This document shows positions 19,405 through 30,854 of a stretch of DNA of 64,000 bases, piece by piece (position 1 is the first letter of the stretch; each line of letters opens with the position of its first letter). The stretch spans positions 32,001 through 96,000 of the forward strand of contig CAWJMT010000009.1 of NCBI GenBank assembly GCA_963844035.1, written 5' to 3'. The notes below the pieces were generated by a model. The model saw nothing but the letters and a program-made list of their open reading frames with translations, had not been told where the DNA came from and made no database searches. The DNA comes from an uncultured Gemmatimonadales bacterium. GTDB taxonomy: Bacteria; Gemmatimonadota; Gemmatimonadetes; Gemmatimonadales; GWC2-71-9. The position numbers and the translations under genes were made by a program.

Positions 19405-21279
19405 CTAGTGTGCCGGCGTATACCAGATCGGGCTGGTATAGGCCCGCTCCTGGAGGGTGCGCGCCAGGTTGGCCGGCGCCGCCAGGCCGGTGCGGAGGTG
19501 CTCCCAGGTACTCCAGCGGCAGGTCGGGTCCTCAAGCACGCGTACGTAGTAGAAAGCGCTCTGCGCGCCATCGAATGAGGGGTCGGTCCAGAACGCGGCC
19601 AGCTCGGCGTCGCCCTTCTCCTGCGAGAAGGCACAGTTCGTCGTGTCCACGGTGGCGCCGTTGTCGGGGCAGCGATTGGTGCCGGCGGCCGGCCGGCCGC
19701 CGTCGGCGCAGGCCACATCGAACACCCGCTCGTGCGTCTGTCCCGACGCATCGAGCCAACCCTTGATGATCTGCGCGCGCTGGAGCGGTGCGCTGTTCGG
19801 ATCGCGCGCGGCCCACAGCATGAACGTCGGGGCGCCGGTGCCGGCGCGGGCCGGCAGGTCGCTGCCCATGGGAACGCCGCCATGATAACCACGCTGTACC
19901 ATATCGGCTGCCGCGGCGTCAGCGGCCGAGTATGACCAGCCGCCGAAAAAGCGGACCCGGATGCGCGGGCCGGTGGTGCCGAAGGTCTCTCGGCGCGCCA
20001 TCGCGTCGAACAGCGACTCGCGGGTGTTCTCCTCGGCCCACACACCGGCCAGCCCGGCCGCACCGTAGGACCTGAATATGTTGCCCACCAGACTCGAGTC
20101 GCCGAGACGCACCTGCGGGGTGTCATCCTTTCGTCCGAGCATCCCGAAGTAGTTGCTCTCCTCGTATGGGCCGGCCGCGTTGTGCGTGTCGGAGGAACCG
20201 ACCACGCCGAACTTGAACGGATTCACCCCCACGCGAGCTTCGACCGCAAGGCCGGTACGAAGCGCTTCGCGCACGTAGCTGCCCGACGACCGGCCGTGCA
20301 CGGTGCCGGTCTGTTTCACCGGCCGGGATGAAGTCCGAGATCTCGGCACTGGCAAATTCATCGTTGGGCGAGAGGGCCGGGTGCGTTTCCGACCAGCCCT
20401 TGATCTGCGCGATCTCGACCAGCGGCTCGTTGCGGATGCGCGACTCCGCGTAGGCGCGGTCGATCGGGCGACCTTCCGAGTTGGCGTCGGGGAACATCAG
20501 CCCGTCGCTGAAATTGGAGTTGTGTGGAATGGCCAGCAACTGGATGCCGCGGGCCCGCGCGGCATCCATGTAGCGCCACAGGTCCTCGGGGCGCCGGGAG
20601 TCGAACGCCGTGAACGGGACCTCAGTGACCTGGTTTCCCCGAAACAGCACGTTGCGGTGCAGGTTGCGGTTCTTGAAATTCGAAGTCCATTCGTACCCAA
20701 TGAACGTCGTGAACCTTCCCGGGCGGTTGTAGCGTTCGGCCGTCTCCTGGATCCGCTGCCACGCCTGCCGCACCAGCGCGGGGGCCATCAAGGCGGGATC
20801 GGTTTGGCGGAGACGATGCTACCGCTGATCCGCTGCAGGGCTTGCTGCTGGCGCTCGGCGTCGCCGCTGTTCAGGTCGATTGCGATGGGGTGCCGCGCGA
20901 GCGGGTTCGCCGAGTCGAGCATGTCCGGCAGCACGCTCATGTACTCGGAGTGGTCGGTGACGGCGTAGAAGTCGAGCGGGCCACCGTGCAGGCGCACGTA
21001 CCCGGTGCCGACGTGCGGGATAGAATCGCCCAGGGCGTAGTGATACGCATCGTCCGGCGTCACGCGCACGTTGCTCATGAACGCATCCGGCGACCAGCTC
21101 GTATGCACGTGAGTATCGCCGAAATAGGCGTTCCGCAGGGGGTTTCTGGCCGGGCGGTCGGCCTGCCCGGGCGGGCCGCCGCTCGTCACGGAGGCCGACC
21201 TCTCCGGGCGACTTGTGCATGCGGCAAGTGCCACGAGTAGCGCGACGGCGAGTGTGGCGCGTGGAATCGGGAAGCGCAT
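19405..21279 (-). CDS. DUF3604-like lipoprotein (PHP-like metallohydrolase), two frameshifts (~20790, ~20320)
   Basis: Lipobox LAAC; FGDTHVHTSWS, AVTDHSE, IGYEWTS, NLHRNV, IPHNSN, GSSDTHNA, QERAYTSPIWY across three ORFs. Confidence 0.85.
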
Positions 21280-22280
21280 CACCACGGGGTCCAGAACGAG
21301 ACGGTGCGTTGCACGGCCCAGAATGCCGCCGTGGTGCCGATGCCGTAGGCCGGCAGGCGCCATGCCCGGGCAGGCAACGGCACCGCGAGGCGACGGGCCA
21401 ACGCCGACACGGCGAGCACCGCCGCCACGAACAGCAGCTGGCCTAGTTCAACCCCAATGTTGAACTGGAGCAGCGCCAAAGGGATCTGCCCCTCCGGCAA
21501 ACCGATCTCGGCGAGCGCGCCGGCGAACCCCAGACCGTGCAGCAGCCCAAAGGTGAACGCCACCACCCAGGGCGCCCGGCTGGTGAGTCCGGGCCGGCCT
21601 TGCTTGAGATACGCCAGCTCCGCGGCCAGGAACACCACGCTCAGCGCGATCGTGGCCTCTACCGGCCGGCCGGGCACGTGCACGGCCCCCAGCGTGGCCA
21701 GCGCCAGCGTCATGCTGTGGGCCACGGTGAATGCGGTGATGGTCTTCAGCAGCACCACGCGGGTGGGCACGATGAGTATCAGCGCCAGCACGAACAGCAG
21801 GTGGTCCACGCCGCCCAGGATGTGCTCAACGCCCAGCATGAGATACGTGCGCGCCACCTGCCAGGCGCTCGGCACGGCGGGCACGACGAGCGAGGGTGCC
21901 GTCGGCTTGACGCGCTGGATGATCGTGCGGCCGTCGCGCGTCTCGATGCGCACCAGGACCTCGATCAACGTACCGGAGAGACCCTGGATGGAGATGGTCT
22001 GGCCCGCCAGCGAACTGGCGCAGGCCACGGTCCAGCGCTCGAGAACAGCGGTCTGTGTTTCGTAGGTCGTCGCGGGACCCTGGGAGCGACACCCGGCCGG
22101 CAGCACGGGCCGCAGGTTGAACCGCATGCCGCCGAGCATCGGCATCTTGAACAGCACTTCGAACACCCCGGGCGACGCCTCCCGCAGCTCGAGATAACCC
22201 GGTCGGACTTCGTGGGCACTCGCCGCCCCGGCGGCGAGCAACAGCGCCGCTGCCAGCAGCGGCGCGGGTGCGACCCTCAT
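21279..22280 (-). CDS. HupE/UreJ-family membrane protein
   Basis: AHEVRPGYL; LGVEHILGGVDHLLF, FTVAHS, FGLLHGLGFA, FNIGVELGQ. Confidence 0.9.
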   Translation of the reverse strand: MRVAPAPLLAAALLLAAGAASAHEVRPGYLELREASPGVFEVLFKMPMLGGMRFNLRPVLPAGCRSQGPATTYETQTAVLERWTVACASSLAGQTISIQGLSGTLIEVLVRIETRDGRTIIQRVKPTAPSLVVPAVPSAWQVARTYLMLGVEHILGGVDHLLFVLALILIVPTRVVLLKTITAFTVAHSMTLALATLGAVHVPGRPVEATIALSVVFLAAELAYLKQGRPGLTSRAPWVVAFTFGLLHGLGFAGALAEIGLPEGQIPLALLQFNIGVELGQLLFVAAVLAVSALARRLAVPLPARAWRLPAYGIGTTAAFWAVQRTVSFWTPW

Positions 22281-23179
22281 CGCGTGTTCCCGCCGAGGCT
22301 GAGACCCCGAAACGCGGCGCTGTCGATGGTCACCGTGTAGCGGCGCCGCAGCGACGCGTAGCGCTGGGCGTTGCCGTCGTTGCGGCGCTGGAGGTCGTAG
22401 TCCTGGGTCACCAGCGCCGCGACTTCGTCGAGTGCGGGCAGGCGCCCCGGAGTGCGCCCGATGACGCGGACCAGGTGCAGGCCGAAGCTGGAGGTCACCG
22501 GGCCCTGCCATCCCGGAACCTGCGGCAGTGCGAACAGCGATTCGGCGAACATGCCGCCGAACAATTGGGCGATCTCGTCGGGCGAGCGCTCGGCGAAGTC
22601 GTACTGGAGCATGAACCGGTCGCCCAGGTCCGGGGCCCGGGCTGGCGCACCGGCGCGGCGCAGCCCGGCCAGGGCGCGCTCGGCATCAGCGCGGGCCGCG
22701 CCGCCGCGCCGATCGGTGCTGAAGTAGACGTGGGTGAAAGTGAGTCTCAGCGGCAGCCGGTAGCGTTCCTGGTTCGCCGCGAAGAACCGCTCCAGCTCCT
22801 GACGCGTCGGGGGCCGCTGTGTGGCCACGTCTTCGGTGAGGAACCCCATCTTCTGCACCATGCGGCGCTTGACGATGATGTCGTCGCGGTCCAGGTGCAT
22901 CGCGAGAGCCTCGCGATACAACACCTCTTCGCGCACGTAGTCATCGACCAGACCGCGGAGCTCCGAGTCGGTGGGGGGCCGGCGATACTGCTGGAGCCAC
23001 GTCGTGGCCATCCACGCCAATTCGTCCGGGCCGACGTCGATCCGGGTGGTGCGGCGGCCAATTGCCAGGGGGTTGACCAGCGCCTGGAGCACGAACAGCC
23101 CGGCCCCAAGGACGATGAAGTGCACGAGTGGCTCACGGACGAGGCGACCCAGGAGGCCGCGCCCTGAGTGTTCCGTCAT
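22277..23179 (-). CDS. PpiC-type peptidyl-prolyl isomerase-like protein
   Basis: LVREPLVHF, REEVLYREA, WQGPVTSSFGLHLV. Confidence 0.85.
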   Translation of the reverse strand: MTEHSGRGLLGRLVREPLVHFIVLGAGLFVLQALVNPLAIGRRTTRIDVGPDELAWMATTWLQQYRRPPTDSELRGLVDDYVREEVLYREALAMHLDRDDIIVKRRMVQKMGFLTEDVATQRPPTRQELERFFAANQERYRLPLRLTFTHVYFSTDRRGGAARADAERALAGLRRAGAPARAPDLGDRFMLQYDFAERSPDEIAQLFGGMFAESLFALPQVPGWQGPVTSSFGLHLVRVIGRTPGRLPALDEVAALVTQDYDLQRRNDGNAQRYASLRRRYTVTIDSAAFRGLSLGGNTR

Positions 23180-23190
23180 GTCGCCGCCCG

Positions 23191-24361
23191 TCAGGACGCG
23201 CGCAGCGCTCCCACGATGCTCAGGCGCGCGGCACGAATCGCGGGGAAAAATCCGCCCACCACACCCATGATCACCGCAAACGCCAGCGCGCCAAAGACGA
23301 CTTCCGGCGACATCGAGAAGCCGAACGCGATCTCCGAGAACGAGGTGAAATTCACGGTCGAGACGCGCGCGAACGAAAGCAGCGACGCCAGCCCCACGCC
23401 GATGCCGCCGCCGATCACGGCCAGGACCATCGACTCCACGAGGAACGCGGCCAGCACGCTCCGGCGGTGGAACCCCAACGCGCGCAGCGTGCCGACCTCC
23501 ACCACCCGGTTCGCCACGGCGGCGTACATCGTGATCATGGCGCCGATCATCGCCCCGACGCTGAAGATGATGGTGACCATCAATCCCATGATGCGAATGA
23601 ACGTGGCCAGGGCCTGCGACTGCTCGTTGTAGTAGGTCCGCTCGGGCTTGAGTTCGATGTACTGCGTCCGGGGATCGGCTTGCATGCGCGCTTTGAGACC
23701 GTCGAACTGGGCGCCATTGCGCAGCCGCAACGTGACCGACGAGTACGAGGGGCGTCCGAACGATTGCATCAGCTGGTCCACGTCGCCCCAAATTTCTGAA
23801 TCGAACCCGGTGCCCCCTGCGTCGAACAACCCGACCACCGTCCAGCGATCGCCGGCGAATGACAGCTCCGCGCCAAGCGCCACTCCCTGAAACCGCCGGG
23901 CGATGTTGCTGGCCACGACCACTTCGTGAGTGCCGAACTGGAAGGGGCGTCCGGCGGTGACATGCACTCCCGGTCGCAGCTCGAAGCGCCCGCGGCGATA
24001 CGCCGCGAATCGACACGTTGCCGAGCCCATTCGTCTGCTTGCGGTACAGCCCGGCCACGAGCATCAGCTCTTTCGAGATGAGCGGCCGGCCGTCGGCTGC
24101 CGCCGCCACCTCCGGTTGCGATTCCAGAATGGCGGCAGACTCCCGATCGACCTGACTCACCAGCTCCGATGTCGCCGAGCGGCGCAACACGATGACGTTG
24201 TCCGGCGCCCCCGTCTCAACCAGTGTTTCCCGGAGGCCGCGAGCAAGCATCAGGACGCCCGCGAACACGAACACCACCAGCGACACGCCGCCGATGGTCA
24301 GGGCCGTGGTCAGGCGGCGCGCCCACAGGCTGCGCCAGATGTATGAGAAGGGAATGCGCAT
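23191..24361 (-). CDS. MacB/FtsX-type ABC permease, frameshift ~23990
   Basis: RRLTTALT...; EVGTLRALGF; GGFFPAIRAAR. Confidence 0.88.
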
Positions 24362-24370
24362 GGCCCCGCC

Positions 24371-25539
24371 CTAGCCGATCATCCGGAGCCCGGACACGAT
24401 CGGTGTCCGGAGCGCCCGCACGGTAGGAACAGCCGCCGCCGCCAGGCCTGAGAGCAGCGCAGCGCCGAGCGCCAGAACGATCGTAAGCGGTTCCACACGG
24501 ACGATCGGGAAGAACCCCGGCAGCGCCGCGCCAAAGCCGCCCACGATCGGGAACGTGAGCGCCAGCCCGAGCAACCCGCCGCACACCGCGATCAGCAGCG
24601 ATTCCCCGATGATGAAGCCGGCGATGTGGCGCCCCTGAAATCCCAGGGTCTTCAGGACCGCGTACTCCCGGGTCCGCTCGCGCGCCGTCATCAGGATCGT
24701 GTTGGCCAGCACCAGCAGGATGATGCCCACGATGACGAACGAGACCACCTTGAGCGACGTGATGATGGCGCTCGACATCGACACGAAGCTCTGCTGGAAC
24801 TCGCGCTCACTTTCCGTCTTGGTCGGGGCGCGCGAGTTCGTGAACAGGCTGTCCACCGCTGCGCCGATGCGCGCCATGTCTGCCAGGGCCGCCCACCCGC
24901 AACACGAAGAATCCCGCTTCGGTCGACCGTCCCGGCTCCCGCTGCTTGACCTGCTCGTACAGATACTCCCAGTGGAAGAACATCTGCGTCTCGTCCACCG
25001 CCGGGTCCCGACCCGTGTAGATACCGCGCACCACGAACTGCCAGGGACCGGGATAGATGTCCCCTTCCATCGTGATCACGTCGCCGATCTTGAAGCCGTG
25101 GTCCGTCGCGACCTTGCGCGCCGAGGATGCACGCGCTGCGCTCCTTGCGGAACGCGGCGAGCTGGTCGGGAGGCACCACGAACTCAGGGTAAAGCCCGAA
25201 GTAGGATTCGGCGTCCACCGCGAACCGCGGCCAGAAGTTCTTGAAATCGCTCGGGTCGCCGTACACGCCGCCGAACCAGTTCGCCCAGGAGACTCCGGTC
25301 ACGCCGGGGATCCGGCCGATCGCGTCGCGGTCGACGAGCGGGACGGGAAAGATGATCGAGACCTTGTGACGGGTGATCATGCGGTTCGCGGCCGAGGCCT
25401 CGACCCCTGCGTTCCACGCCGTGACGATCGTGCGGATCAAGCCGAACGCCATCACCGCCGTCGCGATCCCGACCATGGTGAGAATGGTGCGCAGCCGGTG
25501 CCGGAACGCGTTTCGCAAGACGATCTTGACGATGGCCAT
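24371..25539 (-). CDS. MacB/FtsX-type ABC permease, frameshifts ~25120 and ~24880
   Basis: [29 protein letters not shown]. Confidence 0.88.
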
Positions 25540-25551
25540 CGCTCCCCCGTC

Positions 25552-26226
25552 CTACTGCAGCTCACCCTTGTCGAGGTGCCGCACCGTGTGCGCCCGCTCG
25601 GCCGCGTGCGGGTCGTGCGTCACCATGACAATGGTCTTGTGGAACTCGCGATTGAGCCGCTCGAGCAGCGTCAACACCTCGTCCGCAGCCTGCCGGTCGA
25701 GGTCGCCGGTGGGCTCGTCAGCCACGATGATCGTGGGATCGGGCACGATCGCCCGCGCGATCGCGACGCGCTGCTCCTGTCCACCGGAGAGCTGGCGGGG
25801 GTAGTGATGCATCCGGTCCGCGAGGCCCACCAGACTCAGCGCCGCTTCGACGTGCTGCTTGCGATCGGCCTTGGACAACGGCGTCAGGAGCAGCGGCAGC
25901 TCGACGTTCTCGTACGCCGTGAGGACCGGGAGCAGGTTGTAGAACTGGAACACGAAGCCGATGTGCCGTGCCCGCCATTTGGCGAGGTCGGACTCGCCCA
26001 GGCGAGTGACGTCGGTTCCGCCCACCGTGACGCTCCCCGCGTTCGGGCGATCGATCCCGGCGATGAGATTGAGCAGGGTCGTCTTGCCGGAGCCGGAGGG
26101 GCCCATGAGGGCGATGAACTCTCCGTCCGGGATGTCGAGCGTGATGTCGTGCAGCACCGGGATCGCGAGGCTATCGCGACGGTACGATTTGGCGACGCCG
26201 CGAATTTGAATGATCGGACTGGTCAT
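25552..26226 (-). CDS. ABC ATP-binding protein (LolD/MacB-like)
   Basis: [26 protein letters not shown]. Confidence 0.95.
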   Translation of the reverse strand: MTSPIIQIRGVAKSYRRDSLAIPVLHDITLDIPDGEFIALMGPSGSGKTTLLNLIAGIDRPNAGSVTVGGTDVTRLGESDLAKWRARHIGFVFQFYNLLPVLTAYENVELPLLLTPLSKADRKQHVEAALSLVGLADRMHHYPRQLSGGQEQRVAIARAIVPDPTIIVADEPTGDLDRQAADEVLTLLERLNREFHKTIVMVTHDPHAAERAHTVRHLDKGELQ

Positions 26227-26236
26227 GGAGGATTCC

Positions 26237-27433
26237 TTACCGGACCGTGACTTTGACACCGGGCTGCACACGGTCGCTGATGCTGTCGATCACCAGCGCA
26301 CCGGGCGCGAGGCCCTGAAGAATGCTGACGGCACTTCCCAGCCGCTTGCCGGTGGCGACCGGTATCTCGGCCGCCCGGCCCCCGTTCACCATATAGACGA
26401 CGGTGCGCCCGCCGCGGTCCGCCACCGCGCTCGCGGGCACGGTCAGGACGGACTGCGTATCCGCCTCCGTCGCTTGGACCGATGCCGGGAGAAAGTGCAC
26501 CTTGGCGGCCATTTCTGGCAACACGCGCGCATCGTAGGAGCGGAACGCCACCTTCACCTGGACCGTAGCCTTCGCACGATCCGCGGTGGGCACGATCATC
26601 GCGACCGATGCGGGATACCGCTGGTCCGGGTAGGCATCGAGCACGATCTCGCTGGGCTGCCCGACGGCGACTCCTTCAAGATTCGACTCCGAAACATCCG
26701 CCTCCACCTCGAGCGAGCGCAGGTCTGCAATCGACACCACGGCCGCTTTGGAAAACGCGCTCGCGGCGAGTGGCGCAACCACTTCGCCCACGTCGGCGTC
26801 CTTGGTCAGGACCGTCCCGTCGAACGGGGCACGGATGACCGTGTTCTCCAACGCCACCTCCGCGCCCTCGACCATCGCCTGGGCTACCGCGATCCCGCTC
26901 TTCACCTGGAGATAGCGCGCTTCCGCCGAGTCGACGCTCGCCGACGTGGTGTACCCGCTGTCCTTCAGCACCCGCGCACGCGACAGCGACTGCTCCACGT
27001 TGTGAAGATCGGCCTGGCTGAGCTGCAGGTTCGCGCGGGCCTGCGCGAGCTGCGCTCGAACATCCGCGTCCTCGAGCCGCGCGATCACCTGGCCCTTTCG
27101 GACCCGGTCCCCTTCCACCACGCCCAGATAGACGAGCCGCCCGGTGCCCTTCGACGCCACCGCCGCGCGGCGCTGCGCCACGACGTAGCCGCTGGCCACG
27201 AGCGTCGCGCCAAGTCGCCTCGGGGAGACCATGGTTGCAGGAGCCATGCGCACTTCGAGTGTGGAGTGGAACATGCCACGAGCGAGGAGGACCAAAGCGA
27301 CGAGGAGCACTGCGCTCCCTGCCATGATCGCCATGCTCCCCCGCTGCCGCGCGGGAGCGGGTGCGGCCGTCGGCTCGGCACCCCGGTTGATCCGCAGCGC
27401 GGAGAGATCTGCGTTCTTGGCATCCATATTCAA
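26237..27433 (-). CDS. Efflux periplasmic adaptor (MacA-like)
   Basis: [29 protein letters not shown]. Confidence 0.92.
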   Translation of the reverse strand: MNMDAKNADLSALRINRGAEPTAAPAPARQRGSMAIMAGSAVLLVALVLLARGMFHSTLEVRMAPATMVSPRRLGATLVASGYVVAQRRAAVASKGTGRLVYLGVVEGDRVRKGQVIARLEDADVRAQLAQARANLQLSQADLHNVEQSLSRARVLKDSGYTTSASVDSAEARYLQVKSGIAVAQAMVEGAEVALENTVIRAPFDGTVLTKDADVGEVVAPLAASAFSKAAVVSIADLRSLEVEADVSESNLEGVAVGQPSEIVLDAYPDQRYPASVAMIVPTADRAKATVQVKVAFRSYDARVLPEMAAKVHFLPASVQATEADTQSVLTVPASAVADRGGRTVVYMVNGGRAAEIPVATGKRLGSAVSILQGLAPGALVIDSISDRVQPGVKVTVR

Positions 27434-27539
27434 TCAGCGCTGGCTCTGAATCCGGGGTGGCCGGGCTGGTGAAGATAGGCCGGACGCACGGGGACGCCAA
27501 GTGTGGCGTCGTCGAGGCACGGCGCATAGGTTCTCGCGC

Positions 27540-28187
27540 ATGCCGCACGTGGACTTCCCGAACCTCACCGTTTTGAACCACCCCCTGATCCAACACAAAC
27601 TCACCATTCTGCGCGACAAGCGAACGGGCACGCGCGATTTCAGGCAGCTTGCCGGTGAGATCGCGATGCTCATGGCGTACGATGTGACGAAGGACCTGGA
27701 CCTGGAGCCGCTCGAGATCGAAACACCCCTCGAATCGATGCGCGGCGTCGAGGTGGCAGGGAAGAAGCTCACCCTGGTGCCGATCCTCCGGGCCGGGCTC
27801 GGCATGGTGGACGCAATCTCGCAGCTCATCCCTTCGGCTCGCGTCGGTCACATCGGTCTCTACCGCGACCATGAGAGTCTTCGCCCCGTGGATTACTACT
27901 TCAAGATCCCCGGGAGCGAGCAGGATCGCACCTTTTTCGTGCTCGACCCGATGCTTGCGACCGGAGGCTCGGCGGTCGCGGCAACGACCGCGCTCAAGCA
28001 CGCCGGCGCGCGGCGGATTCGCTTCCTGTGTCTGGTCGCGGCCCCTGAAGGCGTACGGCGCATGCTCGCCGCCCACGCCGACGTGCCGCTATACGCCGCC
28101 GCGCTCGATCGCCAGCTCAACGAACACGGCTACATCCTTCCCGGCCTCGGTGACGCGGGCGATCGGTTGTTCGGCACGGGGCGGTGA
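27540..28187 (+). CDS. upp: Uracil phosphoribosyltransferase
   Basis: [41 protein letters not shown]. Confidence 0.97.
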   Translation: MPHVDFPNLTVLNHPLIQHKLTILRDKRTGTRDFRQLAGEIAMLMAYDVTKDLDLEPLEIETPLESMRGVEVAGKKLTLVPILRAGLGMVDAISQLIPSARVGHIGLYRDHESLRPVDYYFKIPGSEQDRTFFVLDPMLATGGSAVAATTALKHAGARRIRFLCLVAAPEGVRRMLAAHADVPLYAAALDRQLNEHGYILPGLGDAGDRLFGTGR

Positions 28188-28238
28188 CGCTGGCGCGCGA
28201 CACCTCGGAGCGGTTCCCCCAGTCTCTATATTCCCCCC

Positions 28239-28841
28239 ATGACGTTCTGGACCGTACGCCGGCGACTGTTCGTCACCGCCGTACTCGCGGTGCTGCTGCT
28301 CATGGGCTGGGCCGCCCTGATCATTGCCGTCTCAGTCACTGGCGAACGCGATCAGGCGACCACCACCGACGCGATTGCGGTCCTCGGCGCCGCCCAATAC
28401 AACGGACGGCCCTCTCCAGTGTTTCGGGCCCGGCTCGATCACGCGGCGGCCCTGTATCAGCGGGGGTACGCACCGGTCGTATTGGTGACGGGGGGTGTCG
28501 GCTCCGGGGAGACCCAGAGCGAGTCCGACGTCGGCCGGCGCTATCTGCTCAAGCTCGGGCTCCCCGACCATAGCCTCGTCGCCCTCAATGCGGGCTCGAG
28601 TACGTATTCGTCGTTGGTGAGCGTGGCGGGTTGGTTTCGCGACAAGCAGAGTCGCCGCACGTTGCTGGTGAGCGACGGGTTCCATATGCTCCGACTCAAG
28701 ATCATCGCCGCACGCCTAGGCCTCGTCCCCTTCACATCGCCCGTCCCGAATTCGCCGATCGGCGCGAATCCCCGGCTCCACGCCAGTTACCTGCTGCTCG
28801 AGGGCCTCAAGGTCCCCGTGACCTGGCTCTTTCAACACTAG
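28239..28841 (+). CDS. YdcF/DUF218-family protein
   Basis: AVLGAA...RARLD...VTGG...VSDGFHMLR. Confidence 0.85.
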   Translation: MTFWTVRRRLFVTAVLAVLLLMGWAALIIAVSVTGERDQATTTDAIAVLGAAQYNGRPSPVFRARLDHAAALYQRGYAPVVLVTGGVGSGETQSESDVGRRYLLKLGLPDHSLVALNAGSSTYSSLVSVAGWFRDKQSRRTLLVSDGFHMLRLKIIAARLGLVPFTSPVPNSPIGANPRLHASYLLLEGLKVPVTWLFQH

Positions 28842-28852
28842 GGAGGAAGCGC

Positions 28853-29392
28853 ATGCTGCTCGACACCCGCCGAGTGTACACCGGAAAGGTCGTGCGCTTG
28901 GATGTGGACACGGTGGGCTTTCCCGACGGATCGACGGGGGACCTCGAGCTCATCCGGCACCCCGGCGCGGCGGCCGTCATCCCCTGTGCGAGCGATCCCG
29001 CTGGGGGGGACCCGAGCATTCTGATGATCAGACAGTTTCGCCATGCGGCCGGTGGCCCGCTGTGGGAGATCCCTGCCGGGACTCTCGCCCCGGGCGAGAC
29101 GCCCGAAGCGTGTGCGCACCGCGAACTGCGGGAGGAGACGGGCGTTGTGGCCGAACGAGTCGAGCGGCTCACCTCGATCTACACCACCCCGGGATTCACT
29201 GACGAAGTGATTCACCTGTTCTGGGCCCAAGGCCTGACGATGGGGGAGGCGGCGCGCGAGCGGGACGAGTTTATCGAGGTGGTGCCACAGCCCCTGTCCC
29301 AAGTCCTGGCGGGCATTCGTGGGGGGGAAATCCGCGACGCGAAAACGGTAGTCGCTATCCTTTATATGGCGGGATTCATTTTGGGTGTGTAG
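28853..29392 (+). CDS. NUDIX hydrolase (ADP-ribose pyrophosphatase-like)
   Basis: GGAGG RBS; EIPAG...AHRELREETG; YTTPGFTDE. Confidence 0.9.
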   Translation: MLLDTRRVYTGKVVRLDVDTVGFPDGSTGDLELIRHPGAAAVIPCASDPAGGDPSILMIRQFRHAAGGPLWEIPAGTLAPGETPEACAHRELREETGVVAERVERLTSIYTTPGFTDEVIHLFWAQGLTMGEAARERDEFIEVVPQPLSQVLAGIRGGEIRDAKTVVAILYMAGFILGV

Positions 29393-29589
29393 AGCCACAG
29401 GTGTAGCCCGAGGGGGACAGGCCCCCTCCCACCCTCCGAGGGAACAATCGTAAGTCGTTCCCAGTTAATAACCTTAAAGTGGGCTGCGACGGGTACGGTT
29501 CCTGCCGTATCTATACATATGGAGGGGCTGGTCAGGATGTGCCGGTAAGTTTCTTTCTGCAACGCGGGAGTCGCCATGCGAACGGTCCT

Positions 29590-30222
29590 ATGAAGAGCAA
29601 GTCGCAGCCGGTTGAAAGCCCACGTGCGGTGGAGCGCCAGACGCTCCATGAACTCGACGACAGTCAGCTCGTACAACGCCATCTGAGCGGTGACGCCCAG
29701 GCCTTTGGCGCTGTGGTCGACCGGTACCAGACCAGGTTGCTGAACTTCATCAATCGGACGATCGGGGATCGCGAGCGCTCGGAAGACCTCGTACAAGAGG
29801 TCTTTATCCGGGTGTTCCGGCATCTGCACCGCTTCGATCAGACGAAGAAGTTCTCGACGTGGATCTACACCATTGCCTCGAACCTCGGCAAGAACGAGTT
29901 GCGGAATCGGAGTCGCAATCCCTTGGTCCTGTTTCAGACCATCAAGAAGAACTGGGAGGCAGACCACCGACCGCTGCAGTTCGAAGACACGGCGGCACGG
30001 CCCGACGACCTGTACCGCAAACGGTTTCTCAAAGAGGCCGTCGATCAGTGTGTCGGGCAGCTCCCGGTCCATCACCGGGCCGTCTTCGTACTCCGCGAGC
30101 TCGAGGGAAAGAGCTACGCCGAGATCGCCGACATCACCGGCTGCAACCTCGGCACGGTGAAAAGCCGGCTGAATAGGGCCCGGAACAGCTTCGCGCAAAC
30201 GATAGCACCGCTGCTCGAATAG
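29590..30222 (+). CDS. ECF RNA polymerase sigma factor
   Basis: EDLVQEVFI, FSTWIYTIA, SYAEIA...GTVKSRLNRAR. Confidence 0.93.
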   Translation: MKSKSQPVESPRAVERQTLHELDDSQLVQRHLSGDAQAFGAVVDRYQTRLLNFINRTIGDRERSEDLVQEVFIRVFRHLHRFDQTKKFSTWIYTIASNLGKNELRNRSRNPLVLFQTIKKNWEADHRPLQFEDTAARPDDLYRKRFLKEAVDQCVGQLPVHHRAVFVLRELEGKSYAEIADITGCNLGTVKSRLNRARNSFAQTIAPLLE

Positions 30223-30264
30223 CCCCCTCCCGCCCCTCCCCCCCTACACCGGGGCGGGAGGGGG
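30223..30264. repeat. Perfect 14-bp inverted repeat between sigma and anti-sigma genes
   Basis: CCCCCTCCCGCCCC-14 nt-GGGGCGGGAGGGGG; no U-tract. Confidence 0.75.
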
Positions 30265-30309
30265 GCGGGGAACCCCACGCCGATCCGTATGGTAGTACAT
30301 TTCCCAGCC

Positions 30310-30801
30310 ATGACTTGCGCAGAGTTTCTACACCGCTACACGGAGTTCCGTGACGGCCTCCTGACCAGCCCAGGGGAGGCACGGCGCTTCGGACGCCACT
30401 TGGCGGAATGTCCCAACTGCCGCAACTACGAAGGGACGCTACGACGCGGCGTGCAGGCGCTGCAGACGGTGGAGGTCCTGGTGCCGTCCGCGGACTTCCG
30501 TGCCCGTTTGGACTCGCGGTTGCGGAGCGAGGGGCTAGGGTCGGGACCGAAGCCGTCGGCGCGCACCGGCGTCGCCGCGGCGCTGTTCATCGCGGTCGCG
30601 ATTGCGCTCCTGGCCCTCGCCGGAGTGAAGCGGGTCGGGGTGGCCCACGCACCGATGCTCCCTCCAGTGCCGTTCCCCAAGCCGGTCGCACAGGCCGGGG
30701 TTCCGTTCGTCACATTCCAGGATCCCCGCGCGAGCGTGGTAATCAGCAACCCCAATCCCTACGGCACCGCTCTCGTCGAGCCTGCCGTCGCACGACGTTA
30801 G
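30310..30801 (+). CDS. Zinc-finger (HxxxCxxC) anti-sigma factor
   Basis: MTC...RHLAECPNC followed by a TM helix; alternative start 30289. Confidence 0.85.
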   Translation: MTCAEFLHRYTEFRDGLLTSPGEARRFGRHLAECPNCRNYEGTLRRGVQALQTVEVLVPSADFRARLDSRLRSEGLGSGPKPSARTGVAAALFIAVAIALLALAGVKRVGVAHAPMLPPVPFPKPVAQAGVPFVTFQDPRASVVISNPNPYGTALVEPAVARR

Positions 30802-30854
30802 CGACCGCTCCCGCACTTTCTTCGAACCCGTCGCAGCGATAACTTCCGCCGCGT

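Noticed and set aside
22277..24361. 694-aa permease-PPIase fusion in the ORF track
   Set aside because: Artefact of the ~23990 frameshift; the PPIase has its own ATG at 23179 after the permease stop at 23191.
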